The notes under the pieces are model-generated. The model was given only the letters and a program-made list of their open reading frames with translations. It made no database searches and was not told where the DNA came from. From Nitrospinaceae bacterium (GTDB lineage Bacteria > Nitrospinota > Nitrospinia > Nitrospinales > Nitrospinaceae): DNA of 64,000 nucleotides. The stretch is taken from contig OZ245011.1 of assembly GCA_965223665.1 (NCBI GenBank), forward strand, positions 448,001-512,000. The letters are read 5' to 3'. Positions 1 through 11,100 of this stretch are shown here, in pieces (within the stretch, counting starts at the first letter, position 1; each line of letters opens with the position of its first letter). The translations under genes were made by a program, and so were the position numbers.

Positions 1-575
1 TGTCCGGTATTTGGGGTTTAGGTCCTGATGAAATTTATGTGTGCACTCGTTTGGGTAAAATTTCACGGTTTGATGGTACTAAATGGAAGTTTATGCAATC
101 TGGAACCAATAATGATGTTGCGGCGCTTTGGGGAAGTCAGGAGGCAGGTCTCTACGCAGTAGGATTTGATGGTTTGTTCCTTCGTTATTTAAAGGAGGAA
201 GATCGTTGGATGAGATTAACATTTAATTCAAATGCTGAATTGTACAGCATCTATGGATTTAGCCCTGATAAAATTTACTTTTGTGGATCTGATGGTGTTT
301 TAGTTCATTTTAATGGATCGGAATTTAAAGAGTTGCCTTCTCCAAGTCAGGATTTTTTTCTCGATATCTGGGGACCGAATGAAGAATTTTTATTTGCAGT
401 AGGTGACGAGGGAATGATCCTCATGTTAGATGGTGATCAATGGACACGGATTGAATCCAATACTCAGGAATACCTAACTGCCATTTGGGGAACTTCAGAA
501 GAGAATATGTACGCCGTAGGAGATAATGGCCTTATCCTTCATTTTAATGGGGAGGATTGGAAAGAGGTGAATTGA
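1..575 (+). CDS. Beta-propeller repeat protein, 5'-truncated (W-G...YAVG..G.IL...G..W repeats)
   Basis: Frame is open from the window edge (SGIWGLGPDEIYV...); ~39-aa repeats such as LWGSQEAGLYAVG, IWGPNEEFLFAVG, IWGTSEENMYAVG. Confidence 0.7.
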   Translation, partial: SGIWGLGPDEIYVCTRLGKISRFDGTKWKFMQSGTNNDVAALWGSQEAGLYAVGFDGLFLRYLKEEDRWMRLTFNSNAELYSIYGFSPDKIYFCGSDGVLVHFNGSEFKELPSPSQDFFLDIWGPNEEFLFAVGDEGMILMLDGDQWTRIESNTQEYLTAIWGTSEENMYAVGDNGLILHFNGEDWKEVN

Positions 576-737
576 GAGTTTTTCGGTTCCGAATTACTAA
601 GTATTAGCTTCCCTTTTTATATCAAATCCTATTCAAATTTAATCCTTCCAAAAAACGTCCTTCCAATAATTTTTGGTGCCATTTTTTTTGTTTTTGCCGA
701 GCTTTATTAATAGGGTTTTCCTTAATATTCAATCTCC

Positions 738-775
738 TTGACACCTTGCAAAACAAAATGTTAATGTCCTAAAAT
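738..775 (+). promoter_or_regulatory. Putative sigma70 promoter(s) of the trp operon
   Basis: TTGACA at 738-743; alternative TTGCAA (746) -18 bp- TAAAAT (770). Confidence 0.45.
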
Positions 776-845
776 TAGGCACAAAATGAATAATTTTTCT
801 ATTTAAGGTTGCCCAGCTAGTTTGTTTTTTCTGGGCTTTTTTTCT

Positions 846-2342
846 ATGGTTTATAAACCCAACTTTGAAGACTTTAAAGCAAAAGTTAAAGAAGGAAACC
901 TGATTCCTGTTTATAAGGAAATTTTAGCTGATTTAGATACTCCTGTTTCTGCTTATATGAAAATTGCCAATCAAGGTTTCTCCTTTCTTCTGGAAAGTAT
1001 TGAAGGTGGGGACAAATGGGCCAGGTATTGTTTTTTGGGTTGCGGTCCTTCAACCGTAATAAGTACCAAAGGTAATACCGTTACTATTGATACCAGGGGA
1101 AAAAGCAGAACTGAGCCATTAAAAGATAAGAATCCTTTAAAAGTTTTAAAGAAACTATTATCCGAATATCAGCCGGTACAGGACGAGGGTTTACCAAGAT
1201 TCTCTGGAGGGGCAGTGGGATATATTGGTTATGATATGGTTCGCTACTTTGAGGATTTGCCAGAGGATACAGAGGATGATTTAGACCTGCCTGAATCCAT
1301 TTTTGTTATCACCGACACAATTTTAATTTTTGATAATGTGACTCATAAAATCAAAATTGTTTCTAATGCTCATGTTAAAGGAGAGGATTTAGAAAAAACT
1401 TATAAAGAAACCATTTCCAAAATTGAAGCTTTAGAGCAGAAACTTAAACAAGGGTTACCAAAATCTGAATTTTCGGATTCAAGTGACAATGCGGGTGACT
1501 CTCCTCCTATGACCTCAAATTTTGAAGAAGAAAAATTTAAGGAAGCAGTACTGAAGGCAAAGGAATATATTTTAGAGGGAGATGCAATTCAAATTGTTTT
1601 GTCTCAGAGATTAAAATTCCAGGTGAATCAGGACCCTTTTACAATTTATCGGGCGCTTAGAACTATTAATCCGTCCCCTTATATGTATTTTTTAAATTTT
1701 GGGGAATTGCAAGTTGTGGGGTCTTCACCTGAAGTATTGGTTCGCTTGGAAGGTGAAGAAGTTCAAGTGAGACCAATTGCTGGTACTAGAAAGCGTGGGC
1801 AAAATGAGGAAGAAGATGTCGCATTAGAACAGGACCTTCTTGGGGATGAAAAAGAGTTGTCCGAGCATATTATGTTGGTCGATTTAGGGCGCAATGATTT
1901 AGGCCGTATTTCACAGGTAGGTTCAGTTAATGTTAATGAGCAATTCACAATAGAAAGGTATTCCCATGTAATGCATATTGTTTCTAATGTGAAGGGAGTT
2001 TTAAAAGAAGGGTTGGATTGCTTTGATGTTTTGGAGGCTGCATTTCCTGCGGGAACAGTATCGGGTGCTCCTAAAATTCGTGCGATGGAGATCATTGAGG
2101 AATTGGAGCCTACACGTAGGGGGCTTTACGCCGGGTCGGTTGGTTATATTAGTTTTAATGGAAATATGGATACTGCTATTGCAATTCGAACTTTGTTGGT
2201 TAAAGGGAATACGGCTTATTTAGGGGTAGGAGCGGGAATTGTAGCAGATTCAATTCCTCAAAACGAGTTTGAGGAAACTATGAATAAAGGAAAAGCATTA
2301 TTAAAAGCGATTGATTTGGCAGAAAAGGGATTAATCGAATGA
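846..2342 (+). CDS. trpE: Anthranilate synthase component I
   Basis: [42 protein letters not shown] motifs; ATG 846 preferred over TTG 822. Confidence 0.97.
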   Translation: MVYKPNFEDFKAKVKEGNLIPVYKEILADLDTPVSAYMKIANQGFSFLLESIEGGDKWARYCFLGCGPSTVISTKGNTVTIDTRGKSRTEPLKDKNPLKVLKKLLSEYQPVQDEGLPRFSGGAVGYIGYDMVRYFEDLPEDTEDDLDLPESIFVITDTILIFDNVTHKIKIVSNAHVKGEDLEKTYKETISKIEALEQKLKQGLPKSEFSDSSDNAGDSPPMTSNFEEEKFKEAVLKAKEYILEGDAIQIVLSQRLKFQVNQDPFTIYRALRTINPSPYMYFLNFGELQVVGSSPEVLVRLEGEEVQVRPIAGTRKRGQNEEEDVALEQDLLGDEKELSEHIMLVDLGRNDLGRISQVGSVNVNEQFTIERYSHVMHIVSNVKGVLKEGLDCFDVLEAAFPAGTVSGAPKIRAMEIIEELEPTRRGLYAGSVGYISFNGNMDTAIAIRTLLVKGNTAYLGVGAGIVADSIPQNEFEETMNKGKALLKAIDLAEKGLIE

Positions 2343-2947
2343 TTTTGATGGTCGACAATTATGATTCGTTTACCTATAACCTGGTTCAATATTTAGGTGA
2401 ATTAGGCGCAGATATCCAAGTATATAGAAACGATAAAATTTCCGTGGAGGAAATCGAAAAACTCAGTCCTCAAAAAATTGTCATTTCCCCGGGCCCATGT
2501 ACACCCGTTAAGGCTGGAATTTCTAAAGAAGTTGTTAAGCATTTTTCAGGGAAGATTCCTATTTTAGGAGTTTGTCTTGGTCATCAATCTGTGGTGGAAT
2601 CTTTTGGTGGGGAAATAATTAAGGCGGATAAATTAATGCACGGTAAAACTTCGATGATATACCACGATGGTAAAACTCTTTTTAAAGGACTTCCCAACCC
2701 ATTTGAAGCGACGCGTTATCATTCATTAATAGTTAATAGAGATAACCTGCCGGACTGTTTTGAAATATCCGCAGAAACAAAAGAAAAAGAAATTATGGGT
2801 GTTCGTCATAAAGAGGTTATGGTTGAGGGAGTTCAATTTCACCCTGAATCCATATTGACTTCAGAAGGAAAAAATTTGTTAAAAAACTTTTTAGATTTAC
2901 CAATACAACCGGTAATGGCTCATGACAGCTCAGAAATATCTTCATAA
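2339..2947 (+). CDS. trpG: Anthranilate synthase component II (glutamine amidotransferase)
   Basis: [32 protein letters not shown]. Confidence 0.96.
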   Translation: MILMVDNYDSFTYNLVQYLGELGADIQVYRNDKISVEEIEKLSPQKIVISPGPCTPVKAGISKEVVKHFSGKIPILGVCLGHQSVVESFGGEIIKADKLMHGKTSMIYHDGKTLFKGLPNPFEATRYHSLIVNRDNLPDCFEISAETKEKEIMGVRHKEVMVEGVQFHPESILTSEGKNLLKNFLDLPIQPVMAHDSSEISS

Positions 2948-3935
2948 AGTAGTTGAGGGCTGCGATCTTTCTGAAAATGAAATGGTTGAAATCATGACTT
3001 TGATTATGGAAGGAAAAGTAGACCGTACTTTGCTCGGCGCGTTTTTAACTGCTCTTTCTATTAAAGGAGAATCAGTGGAAGAGATTTCGGGTGCAGCAAA
3101 AGTGATGCGAAAAAAAGCAGAAACTTTGAAAGCTCCTGAAGGTTGTGTCATCGATACTTGTGGAACCGGTGGGGATGGGGCAAATACCTTTAATATATCT
3201 ACCACTGTGGCTTTTGTGGTAGCCGGTGCTGAAATAACGGTTGCCAAGCATGGGAATCGTGCCATATCCAGTAAATCTGGGAGTGCGGATGTCTTAAAAA
3301 GTTTAGGGGTCAATATTGAAGCGGATAAATCCATTGTAGAAAAATGTTTGAATCAAATTGGAATTGGTTTTCTTTTTGCCCCAGCTATGCATAAAGCTAT
3401 GAAACATGCGGCGGATGTTCGACGTGAGTTGGGTTTTCGCACAATTTTTAATTTGCTGGGTCCGTTAACGAACCCGGCTAAGGTAAAGAATCAGGTTATT
3501 GGAGTATTTGACAAAAAATGGACGTTTCCTGTAGCGAAAGTTCTGAAAAACTTAGGAAGTCAAAGAGCTTATGTTGTTCATGGGGAGGATGGGTTAGATG
3601 AAATTACATTAACAACTAAAACAAAAGTTTGTTATTTAAATAATAATGAAATAAAAGAGTTTTATTTAGACCCGGAGAAAGAGAAATTTCCCCTATGTGA
3701 CCCTGAGGACTTAAAAGGTGGAACTGCTGAAGAGAATGCCGAAATAATAAAAGAGATTTTACAAGGGAGAGAAGGTCCAAAAGCAGATATTGTTTTATTA
3801 AATGCTGGAGCTGCTATCGAGGTTGCTGGTAAGGCGGATTCGCTATCTGATGGAATTATGGTTGCTAGAAAATCTATTAATACCGGAGCAGCAATGCAAA
3901 AATTAAATGACCTTTGTCGATTGAGTCATTCATAG
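2922..3935 (+). CDS. trpD: Anthranilate phosphoribosyltransferase
   Basis: [39 protein letters not shown]. Confidence 0.97.
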   Translation: MTAQKYLHKVVEGCDLSENEMVEIMTLIMEGKVDRTLLGAFLTALSIKGESVEEISGAAKVMRKKAETLKAPEGCVIDTCGTGGDGANTFNISTTVAFVVAGAEITVAKHGNRAISSKSGSADVLKSLGVNIEADKSIVEKCLNQIGIGFLFAPAMHKAMKHAADVRRELGFRTIFNLLGPLTNPAKVKNQVIGVFDKKWTFPVAKVLKNLGSQRAYVVHGEDGLDEITLTTKTKVCYLNNNEIKEFYLDPEKEKFPLCDPEDLKGGTAEENAEIIKEILQGREGPKADIVLLNAGAAIEVAGKADSLSDGIMVARKSINTGAAMQKLNDLCRLSHS

Positions 3936-3944
3936 GAAATTATT

Positions 3945-4757
3945 ATGGCAAATATATTAGATCAAATTTTTGAATATAAAGTAGAGGAAGTTTCAACCTC
4001 GAAAAGGACAGTTCCACTTGTCGAATTGAAAGATAAAATTGAATCACAAAGACCCCCTCTTGATGTAATTGAAACGTTAAGGGACGAGAAAAAAGGTTCG
4101 CGAATAATTGCTGAAATTAAACGGAGAACTCCTTTTAAGGGAGAATTAATTAAGGAGTTCGATGCTGAATCCATTGCACGGACATACATGGAGCATGGAG
4201 CTTCTGCTATATCCATATTGACAGATTCCAAGTTTTTTGGGGGAAGCTTGCAGGACTTTGAAAACATTTCAAAAGAAACTTCTGTTCCATTATTAAGAAA
4301 AGATTTCATCCTCTCTGAGTATCAGGTTTACGAATCCCGAGCTTCCGGGGCAGATTTTTTTCTTTTAATTGCCACTTCATTAGAAAAAAACCATTTGTCT
4401 GATTTGCTTGCGTTAGGAAAAGAATTGGGGCTGGTTGCCTTAATAGAAACACACAACGAAAAGGATGTTGAAAAAGCATTTTATGCTGGAGCAACATTAT
4501 TGGGTATCAATAACAGGGATCTGACATCAGGTAAAACCAACTTGGATGTTTCGCGCAGGTTATTGAAAATGGTCAGTCAAGTTGAAGGTTTGCTGTTAGT
4601 ATGTGAGAGTGGAATTAAATCTAAATCTGAGATAGAAGAATTTGAAGGACTTGGAATGGATGCCTTTCTCATTGGAGAAAGTTTGATGACGGCAGAGAAT
4701 CGCTCCGAAAAATTAAAGGAATTAGTTGGAAATGCCAAAAAGCCAACCGTCAGTTAG
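3945..4757 (+). CDS. trpC: Indole-3-glycerol phosphate synthase
   Basis: IAEIKR.tP.KG, ISILTD, LRKDFI, GINNRDL, ESGI, LIGESLM; position in operon. Confidence 0.95.
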   Translation: MANILDQIFEYKVEEVSTSKRTVPLVELKDKIESQRPPLDVIETLRDEKKGSRIIAEIKRRTPFKGELIKEFDAESIARTYMEHGASAISILTDSKFFGGSLQDFENISKETSVPLLRKDFILSEYQVYESRASGADFFLLIATSLEKNHLSDLLALGKELGLVALIETHNEKDVEKAFYAGATLLGINNRDLTSGKTNLDVSRRLLKMVSQVEGLLLVCESGIKSKSEIEEFEGLGMDAFLIGESLMTAENRSEKLKELVGNAKKPTVS

Positions 4758-5364
4758 GGTCAAAGTTTGTGGTATGACAAACCTTGAAGATACTTTGCAG
4801 GCAGTTCAATTAGGAGTCGATGCCGTTGGATTTATTTTCTATAAAAAGAGTCCTCGTTACGTTTCCGACCGGATAGTAAAAAAAATTGTCAATGTACTGC
4901 CCCCTTTTGTAATGAAGGTGGGAGTATTTGTAAATGAATCATTGGAGCAAATAAATAAAAGGATAGAATCTTGTGGGTTGAATTTGGTTCAATTGCATGG
5001 AGATGAACCTCCAGGATTTTCTAAAAAGATTAATAGCCAGGTAATTAAGTCTTTTCGTGTGCAAAATACTGATTCTCTGACCGGATTATCCAAATATCCA
5101 GTGCAAGGATACTTATTGGATTCTTTTAAAGAGGGACAGTGGGGTGGAACCGGTAAAACATTTAATTGGAACTTAGCTAAAAAAGCCAAAAAATATGGAT
5201 CAATTATTTTAGCGGGTGGGCTTGACCCCTCCAATGTTCAAGAAGCTATTAAAAAAGTTCAACCCTATGGTGTGGACGTTTGCTCTGGTGTTGAGAAATC
5301 GCCAGGCAAGAAGGATTTTAAAAAAGTCCAACAGTTTATTGAAGCGGTACGTAAAGTTTCATAA
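4732..5364 (+). CDS. trpF: Phosphoribosylanthranilate isomerase
   Basis: VKVCG, QLHGDE, GGTG, LAGGL, DVCSGVE. Confidence 0.96.
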   Translation: MPKSQPSVRVKVCGMTNLEDTLQAVQLGVDAVGFIFYKKSPRYVSDRIVKKIVNVLPPFVMKVGVFVNESLEQINKRIESCGLNLVQLHGDEPPGFSKKINSQVIKSFRVQNTDSLTGLSKYPVQGYLLDSFKEGQWGGTGKTFNWNLAKKAKKYGSIILAGGLDPSNVQEAIKKVQPYGVDVCSGVEKSPGKKDFKKVQQFIEAVRKVS

Positions 5365-5374
5365 GGAGAAATAT

Positions 5375-6577
5375 ATGCAACAAACAACAATGCTTCCAGA
5401 CTCATCAGGGCACTTTGGCCAGTTTGGGGGGAAGTATGTCATAGAAACTTTAATGCCTGCTTTAAAGGAGTTAGAGCGGATTTATTATGAAGCGAAGCAG
5501 GATCCAAAATTTCAAGAGCAAGTAAAGTTTTATTGGAAGCAATATGTAGGTAGGCCTTCTCCTTTATATTTTGCTAAGAACTTAACCCAACAACTTGGTG
5601 GTGCTCAAATCTACCTCAAACGAGAAGATTTGAATCATACGGGTGCTCATAAGATTAATCAAACCATTGGCGGAGCATTATTGGCATTACGAATGGGCAA
5701 AAAACGGGTGATTGCCGAAACGGGTGCGGGTCAGCATGGTGTTGCTACGGCCACGGCGGCTGCATTGTTTGATTTAGAATGCGATGTTTTTATGGGGGAA
5801 GAAGATATTCGCCGACAGGCTTTAAATGTTTTTCGTATGAAATTATTAGGAGCAAATGTTATTCCGGTTTCTTCCGGAACCCGCACTCTTAAGGACGCCA
5901 CCAGTGAGGCCATTAGAAATTGGATCACTACCGTAGAAACTACTCATTATATTATTGGTTCAGTGGTGGGACCTCATCCCTATCCCATGATGGTAAGAGA
6001 CTTTCAAAGAATTATTGGAGATGAGGCCAGGGACCAGATTTTGGAATTAGCTGGTAAACTTCCGGATGCCTGTGTGGCATGTGTCGGGGGAGGAAGTAAT
6101 TCCATGGGATTATTCTATCCATTTATAAAAGATGAAGAAGTGAAATTAGTTGGTGTGGAGGCCGCTGGCCTTGGTATTGAAACTGGAAAACACGGAGCCA
6201 CTTTAAGTCATGGAACCGTAGGGGTTTTACATGGGATGAAAAGTTATTTACTCCATAATGACGACGGACAAATTTGGGAAGCGCATTCAATTTCTGCAGG
6301 ATTGGATTACCCAGGAGTTGGGTGTGAGCATAGCTATTTAAGAGAAACTAATCGCGCAGAGTATGTTGCAATTACGGATGAGGAGGCGTTAGAGGGTTTT
6401 AAATTGCTTTCTCGATCAGAAGGGATAATTCCTGCTTTGGAATCTGCACATGCAATTGCTCATATTGTAAAAATGGCACCCAAAATGAAAAAAAATGAGA
6501 TAGTTATTGTATGTTTATCGGGTCGAGGGGATAAAGATGTGAATCAGGTTGCAGAGCGAATTGGAGATGAATTGTGA
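5375..6577 (+). CDS. trpB: Tryptophan synthase beta subunit
   Basis: [47 protein letters not shown] before ATG 5375. Confidence 0.98.
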   Translation: MQQTTMLPDSSGHFGQFGGKYVIETLMPALKELERIYYEAKQDPKFQEQVKFYWKQYVGRPSPLYFAKNLTQQLGGAQIYLKREDLNHTGAHKINQTIGGALLALRMGKKRVIAETGAGQHGVATATAAALFDLECDVFMGEEDIRRQALNVFRMKLLGANVIPVSSGTRTLKDATSEAIRNWITTVETTHYIIGSVVGPHPYPMMVRDFQRIIGDEARDQILELAGKLPDACVACVGGGSNSMGLFYPFIKDEEVKLVGVEAAGLGIETGKHGATLSHGTVGVLHGMKSYLLHNDDGQIWEAHSISAGLDYPGVGCEHSYLRETNRAEYVAITDEEALEGFKLLSRSEGIIPALESAHAIAHIVKMAPKMKKNEIVIVCLSGRGDKDVNQVAERIGDEL

Positions 6578-7377
6578 GTCGTATTAAAAAACGATTTGAT
6601 TGGTTGGGTTCAAAAAATGAAAAGGCCTTGGTGGCTTTTATTACGGCAGGGGACCCTGATTTGCCCTCTACTCAAGAAATATTCTCGATAATTGAAGAAA
6701 ATGGTGCCGATATCATTGAACTAGGTGTCCCTTTTTCGGACCCATTAGCTGATGGTCCGGTAATTCAGGCTTCTTCTCAAAGATCATTAAAAGAAGGGAC
6801 GACATTAAAAAAAATTATCCAATTGGTAAGAGATATTCGAAAGGGTTCCCAGTTACCCATTGTATTGATGACTAGCTTTAATCCGGTGTTTGTATATGGT
6901 CAGCAGGAGTTTGTCGATGATGCTGTAGAGGCTGGCGTAGATGGTGTGATTGTCCCTGATTTACCCCCGGAAGAAGCTGCAGAATTTCAGAATAAAGCAG
7001 AAGCCAAGGGGTTAGATATGATTTATTTATTGGCCCCAACTAGCACAACAGAACGAATTGATATTATTTCAAAAAAGAGTAAAGGATTTATTTATTATAT
7101 CTCTGTTACAGGTGTCACAGGGATGAGAGATGGGCTTGCAACCAACTTGGAGAAAAAAGTAGATGGTGTTAAAAACGTTACCTCTCTTCCAATTTTAATT
7201 GGTTTTGGTATTTCTGGTCCCCAGCAGGCAAAAGAAGCCGCAAAAATTTCGGATGGCGTTATCGTTGGTAGTGCAATTGTAAAAATTATTGAACAAAATT
7301 CCGATCCAAAGATACGTTTAGAAAAATTGGGGAAATTTGTCAGACAAATAAAACAAGCTCTGATTGAGGGCAAGTGA
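6574..7377 (+). CDS. trpA: Tryptophan synthase alpha subunit
   Basis: [35 protein letters not shown]. Confidence 0.98.
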   Translation: MSRIKKRFDWLGSKNEKALVAFITAGDPDLPSTQEIFSIIEENGADIIELGVPFSDPLADGPVIQASSQRSLKEGTTLKKIIQLVRDIRKGSQLPIVLMTSFNPVFVYGQQEFVDDAVEAGVDGVIVPDLPPEEAAEFQNKAEAKGLDMIYLLAPTSTTERIDIISKKSKGFIYYISVTGVTGMRDGLATNLEKKVDGVKNVTSLPILIGFGISGPQQAKEAAKISDGVIVGSAIVKIIEQNSDPKIRLEKLGKFVRQIKQALIEGK

Positions 7378-7394
7378 AAAGGGGCTAAAATAAC

Positions 7395-8078
7395 ATGGCC
7401 CCAAAGATTTCAGTAATCATTCCTGCATATAATGAAGAGGCCTCGCTACCTCTAGTTCTAAAAGACCTTCCTTGGAATATTCTTCACGAAGTCATTGTTG
7501 TTGATAATAACTCTTCTGATAAAACGTCACAGGTTGCTAAAGCAAATGGAGCCAAAGTTTTTTTGGAGAAAAGGCAGGGGTATGGTAGCGCATGCTTAAA
7601 AGGAATTTCCCAATTGGATTCTCCAAATATTGTGGTTTTTCTGGATGGTGATTTTAGTGATTATCCAGATGATATGGAAGAAATATTGAAACCAATTATT
7701 TCAGACCAAATGGATTTTGTTGTGGGAAGTCGAATGATTTTAAGAGAAAGCCGGAAAGCTTTACTTCCGCAAGCTCGGTATGGAAACTTACTGGCTGTGT
7801 TTCTTATACAACTATTTTTTGGCCACAAGTATACCGACTTGGGTCCTTTTCGTGCAATTCGATATGAGTCATTAATGAAAATTGGAATGCGGGATACCGA
7901 CTTTGGTTGGACTGTGGAAATGCAAATAAAAGCGGTTAAACAAAAATTGAAAATTACTGAAGTTCCAGTCCGGTATCGAACACGTATCGGTGTTTCCAAA
8001 ATAACTGGAACCTTAAAGGGGACTATATTGGCAGGTACAAAAATAATATACACCATTCTAAAATATTTGATAATCTAA
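7395..8078 (+). CDS. Glycosyltransferase family 2 (DPM1-like)
   Basis: IIPAYNEE, VVDNNSSD, GYG, DGD (DxD), VGSR. Confidence 0.9.
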   Translation: MAPKISVIIPAYNEEASLPLVLKDLPWNILHEVIVVDNNSSDKTSQVAKANGAKVFLEKRQGYGSACLKGISQLDSPNIVVFLDGDFSDYPDDMEEILKPIISDQMDFVVGSRMILRESRKALLPQARYGNLLAVFLIQLFFGHKYTDLGPFRAIRYESLMKIGMRDTDFGWTVEMQIKAVKQKLKITEVPVRYRTRIGVSKITGTLKGTILAGTKIIYTILKYLII

Positions 8079-8114
8079 CCCCTAATTTTTAAGGTTTTCC
8101 AAAGGTTGAATTTA

Positions 8115-8900
8115 ATGAAGAAATTTTTTGCATTTTTTCTCATTTTTGGGTTTGCAGCAATTGTGGGTTTTAACTCATCTGTTTATGCAGATGACTTGAA
8201 AAATTTAATTTTGGGTCGTTTGAGTGAGGATGGGACCACTTTGGATCTTAGTGGAAAGAGAATTAAAACCTCAGGCGCAATTCAACTTGCAAAAATGGAA
8301 GAATTGAAAAATGTGAAAATTTTGCTGCTTCAAGGAAACCAGATAAAACCTAAGGGGATGGAAGCTTTGGCTCAATCACCCTATCTTTCCAAAGTCGAGC
8401 AATTAGATTTGTGGGGAAATTTATTAGGAGACCTGGGGGTTCTGGCTTTAGTTGAATCAAAGCATCTTAACTCATTGAAAATATTAAAGATTTGGAAGAA
8501 TGAAATTAGTGAAGATGGAATCAGGTTATTGGCAGATTCACAACAGTTTCAAAAGTTAACCACTCTACTTTTGAATGACAATTTGATTACTCCCGAGGGA
8601 ATTAAATCTTTATCCCAATCAAAAGGATTTCCTAGTCTCAAAGTTTTAAGTATTTTTAGAAATGAAATTGGAGATGAAGGGGCTAGGCTTTTATCCGATT
8701 CTTCGAATTTCCAAAATTTGACCCACCTTTTTTTAGGCTTAAATAATATTACTGATAAGGGAGCTGTTGCTCTAATAAGTTCAAAAAATTTTCCTAACCT
8801 ACAAGTATTAGATTTAATTCAAAATTCTCTGGGTGAACCTACAATTAAAGCTATGTTCCAATTTAATCGGGACCGAAAAGTCCAAATTGTTATCCGTTAA
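8115..8900 (+). CDS. Exported leucine-rich repeat protein (27-aa RI-like LRRs)
   Basis: Signal peptide MKKFFAFFLIF...VYA; repeats L..L.L..N.I...G...LA.S. Confidence 0.85.
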   Translation: MKKFFAFFLIFGFAAIVGFNSSVYADDLKNLILGRLSEDGTTLDLSGKRIKTSGAIQLAKMEELKNVKILLLQGNQIKPKGMEALAQSPYLSKVEQLDLWGNLLGDLGVLALVESKHLNSLKILKIWKNEISEDGIRLLADSQQFQKLTTLLLNDNLITPEGIKSLSQSKGFPSLKVLSIFRNEIGDEGARLLSDSSNFQNLTHLFLGLNNITDKGAVALISSKNFPNLQVLDLIQNSLGEPTIKAMFQFNRDRKVQIVIR

Positions 8901-8910
8901 CGAGGATCTC

Positions 8911-11100
8911 TTGGCAAATTTGGTTATCAAAAAACAAAAAATAAAGATTAGCCTGTTTTGGGTTGGGTTTGTGTATTTGAAAGTAATTGGAGTTTTTTTA
9001 TTCATTCCCACTTTATTGGTTGCATCTCAGAAAAAATTTCCTTTTCCGAGTATTGGTGATGGAAAAGAAGCTACAGAAGTAATTTTAACCCTGGTAGATG
9101 GAATAGAGGTTGATTCTGAAGGAAATATTTATTTATCTCATCGTTCAAAAAATCGGATTCGAAAAGTAAGTAAAGATGGAATCATTACAACCATTGCGGG
9201 AGATGGGAAGGTTGGCTTTCAAGGAGACGGTGGTCCCGCTTTAAAGGCATCTTTAAACTTTCCTGCCGGATTATGTCGGGATGGCAAGGGTAATTTATTT
9301 GTGGCTGACCGAAATAATCATAGGGTTCGAAAGATTGACTCTCACGGAATTATTTCCACCATAGCTGGAACAGGGGACCCGGATTGGGATGGGGATGATG
9401 GACCTGCAACCGAGGCAAAATTAAATTTCCCTTCGGATGTGGCCTGTGGAAAAGATGGAACTCTTTACATTTCTGACCGGTCTAACAACCGAATTCGTAA
9501 AGTAGATACTAGTGGAATTATTACTACTATTGCGGGTTTAGGGCCTGCAGATTTTGGGGGTGACTTTGGACCTGCTGAGGATGCTTTGCTAAAGTATCCT
9601 TTTGGAATTGAGTTGGATTTGAATGGGAATTTGTATATAGCGGACCGAGGGAATAATCGGATAAGAAAAATTAATTCCAGGGGAATCATTACTACCGTAG
9701 CGGGGGATGGAACCCATTTCTTCTCAGGAGATTATGGGCCAGCCACCCGGGCAAGTTTGGCTTACCCTACTGATGTTGCCTCTGACAAAAAGGGAAATAT
9801 TTTCATTGCAGACCGTAATAATAATCGGATTCGAAAGGTGGATAACCTTGGGATTATTACTACCGTAATGGGTTTAGGGAGGTATGAATATAATGGTGAT
9901 AATGAAATTGCTTCTGAAACCACTTTGCACCTTCCTTTTGCTTTGACGGTAAGCTCTGAGAATGAATTGATTGTAGTTGACCGGAATCATTTTCGAGTCA
10001 GGAGCATGCATTTAAATACCCATTCAGTAACCCCTGTTGCCGGAAACGGTCAGTCACTATTTCGTGGAGATGGAGGCCCAGGCTCTGGAGCCACTCTTGA
10101 ATCTCCATCTGGCATAGTAGTTCAACCCAATGGAACAGTGATATTTGCGGATAAAATGGCTAATCGACTTCGATATATAAACTCTAAAGGATTCATTTTT
10201 ACTTTTGCAGGTAATGGTAAGCAGGGGAATGAGGGAGATGGAGGGCAAGCGCGGTTAGCAGCTTTGTTTCTTCCTGATGGAATGACCAATGACAAAGAAG
10301 GAAATCTATATTTTATTTCCAATCAGGGTAATAGTTATTTGATCAGAAAAATTGACACTAATGGAAAAATAACCAAATTTGCTGGAAACGGGCGACAGGG
10401 ATATTCTGGGGATGGAGGACCGGCTTTACAAGCTTCCTTTGCTGTCATAAAAGATTTAACCACGGATGATTTAGGTAATGTTTATTTAGCTGATTCTATT
10501 AATCGAAATATTCGAAAAATTGATCCTGATGGAATAGTCTCAACAGTTGCATTGGAAAACTGGAAACTGATAAAAGACGAAGAAATTCATCCAAATGGTA
10601 TTGCAATTAATAAGGTTGGAGAAATTTTTATCTCTGATTCTGGAAGCAGTAAGATTCGAAAAATTGATAAAGAGGGTAATGTCACAACTTTTGCCGGAAA
10701 CGGTGATTTTTCAGATTCGGGTGATGGGGGACCAGCACTGGACGCAGGGATTCGGTCTCCAGGAGGTTTGGCATTTTCGCCTAACGGTGATTTATATATT
10801 GCTGAAGAAACGAGCCACCTAATTCGAAAAATAAATAAAGTGGGTATCATAAATCATGTGGCGGGTATAGGCCAAGCAGGATTTAGTGGTGACGGGGGTT
10901 CTGCAAAAGAGGCGATGCTTAAAAGCCCTTATCGTTTGGCCTTTGATGCTCAAGGAAACCTTTATTTCTCTGACCGTGACAATAACCGTATTCGAAAAAT
11001 TGATACGGAAGGTATTATTTCCACTGTTGCTGGAAACCAGAATATTGGATGGCTACAAGATGGTTTGGAAGTTCGGATTACAGTTCATAATTTCCCATGA
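8911..11100 (+). CDS. NHL-repeat protein (12 repeats, probably two 6-bladed propellers) with N-terminal hydrophobic segment
   Basis: 12 copies of ..GNLYIAD..N.RIRKID..G.I.T.AG.G...GDGG.A..A.L..P; start uncertain (TTG 8911 after GAGGA, or GTG 8971). Confidence 0.88.
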   Translation: MANLVIKKQKIKISLFWVGFVYLKVIGVFLFIPTLLVASQKKFPFPSIGDGKEATEVILTLVDGIEVDSEGNIYLSHRSKNRIRKVSKDGIITTIAGDGKVGFQGDGGPALKASLNFPAGLCRDGKGNLFVADRNNHRVRKIDSHGIISTIAGTGDPDWDGDDGPATEAKLNFPSDVACGKDGTLYISDRSNNRIRKVDTSGIITTIAGLGPADFGGDFGPAEDALLKYPFGIELDLNGNLYIADRGNNRIRKINSRGIITTVAGDGTHFFSGDYGPATRASLAYPTDVASDKKGNIFIADRNNNRIRKVDNLGIITTVMGLGRYEYNGDNEIASETTLHLPFALTVSSENELIVVDRNHFRVRSMHLNTHSVTPVAGNGQSLFRGDGGPGSGATLESPSGIVVQPNGTVIFADKMANRLRYINSKGFIFTFAGNGKQGNEGDGGQARLAALFLPDGMTNDKEGNLYFISNQGNSYLIRKIDTNGKITKFAGNGRQGYSGDGGPALQASFAVIKDLTTDDLGNVYLADSINRNIRKIDPDGIVSTVALENWKLIKDEEIHPNGIAINKVGEIFISDSGSSKIRKIDKEGNVTTFAGNGDFSDSGDGGPALDAGIRSPGGLAFSPNGDLYIAEETSHLIRKINKVGIINHVAGIGQAGFSGDGGSAKEAMLKSPYRLAFDAQGNLYFSDRDNNRIRKIDTEGIISTVAGNQNIGWLQDGLEVRITVHNFP

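Noticed and set aside
786-806. Possible trp leader peptide (MNNFSI)
   Set aside because: No Trp codons and no terminator/antiterminator pair; no T-box seen.
9061-11040. Repetitive DNA that might be a CRISPR or tandem array
   Set aside because: Repeats are degenerate and in frame; explained by NHL protein repeats.
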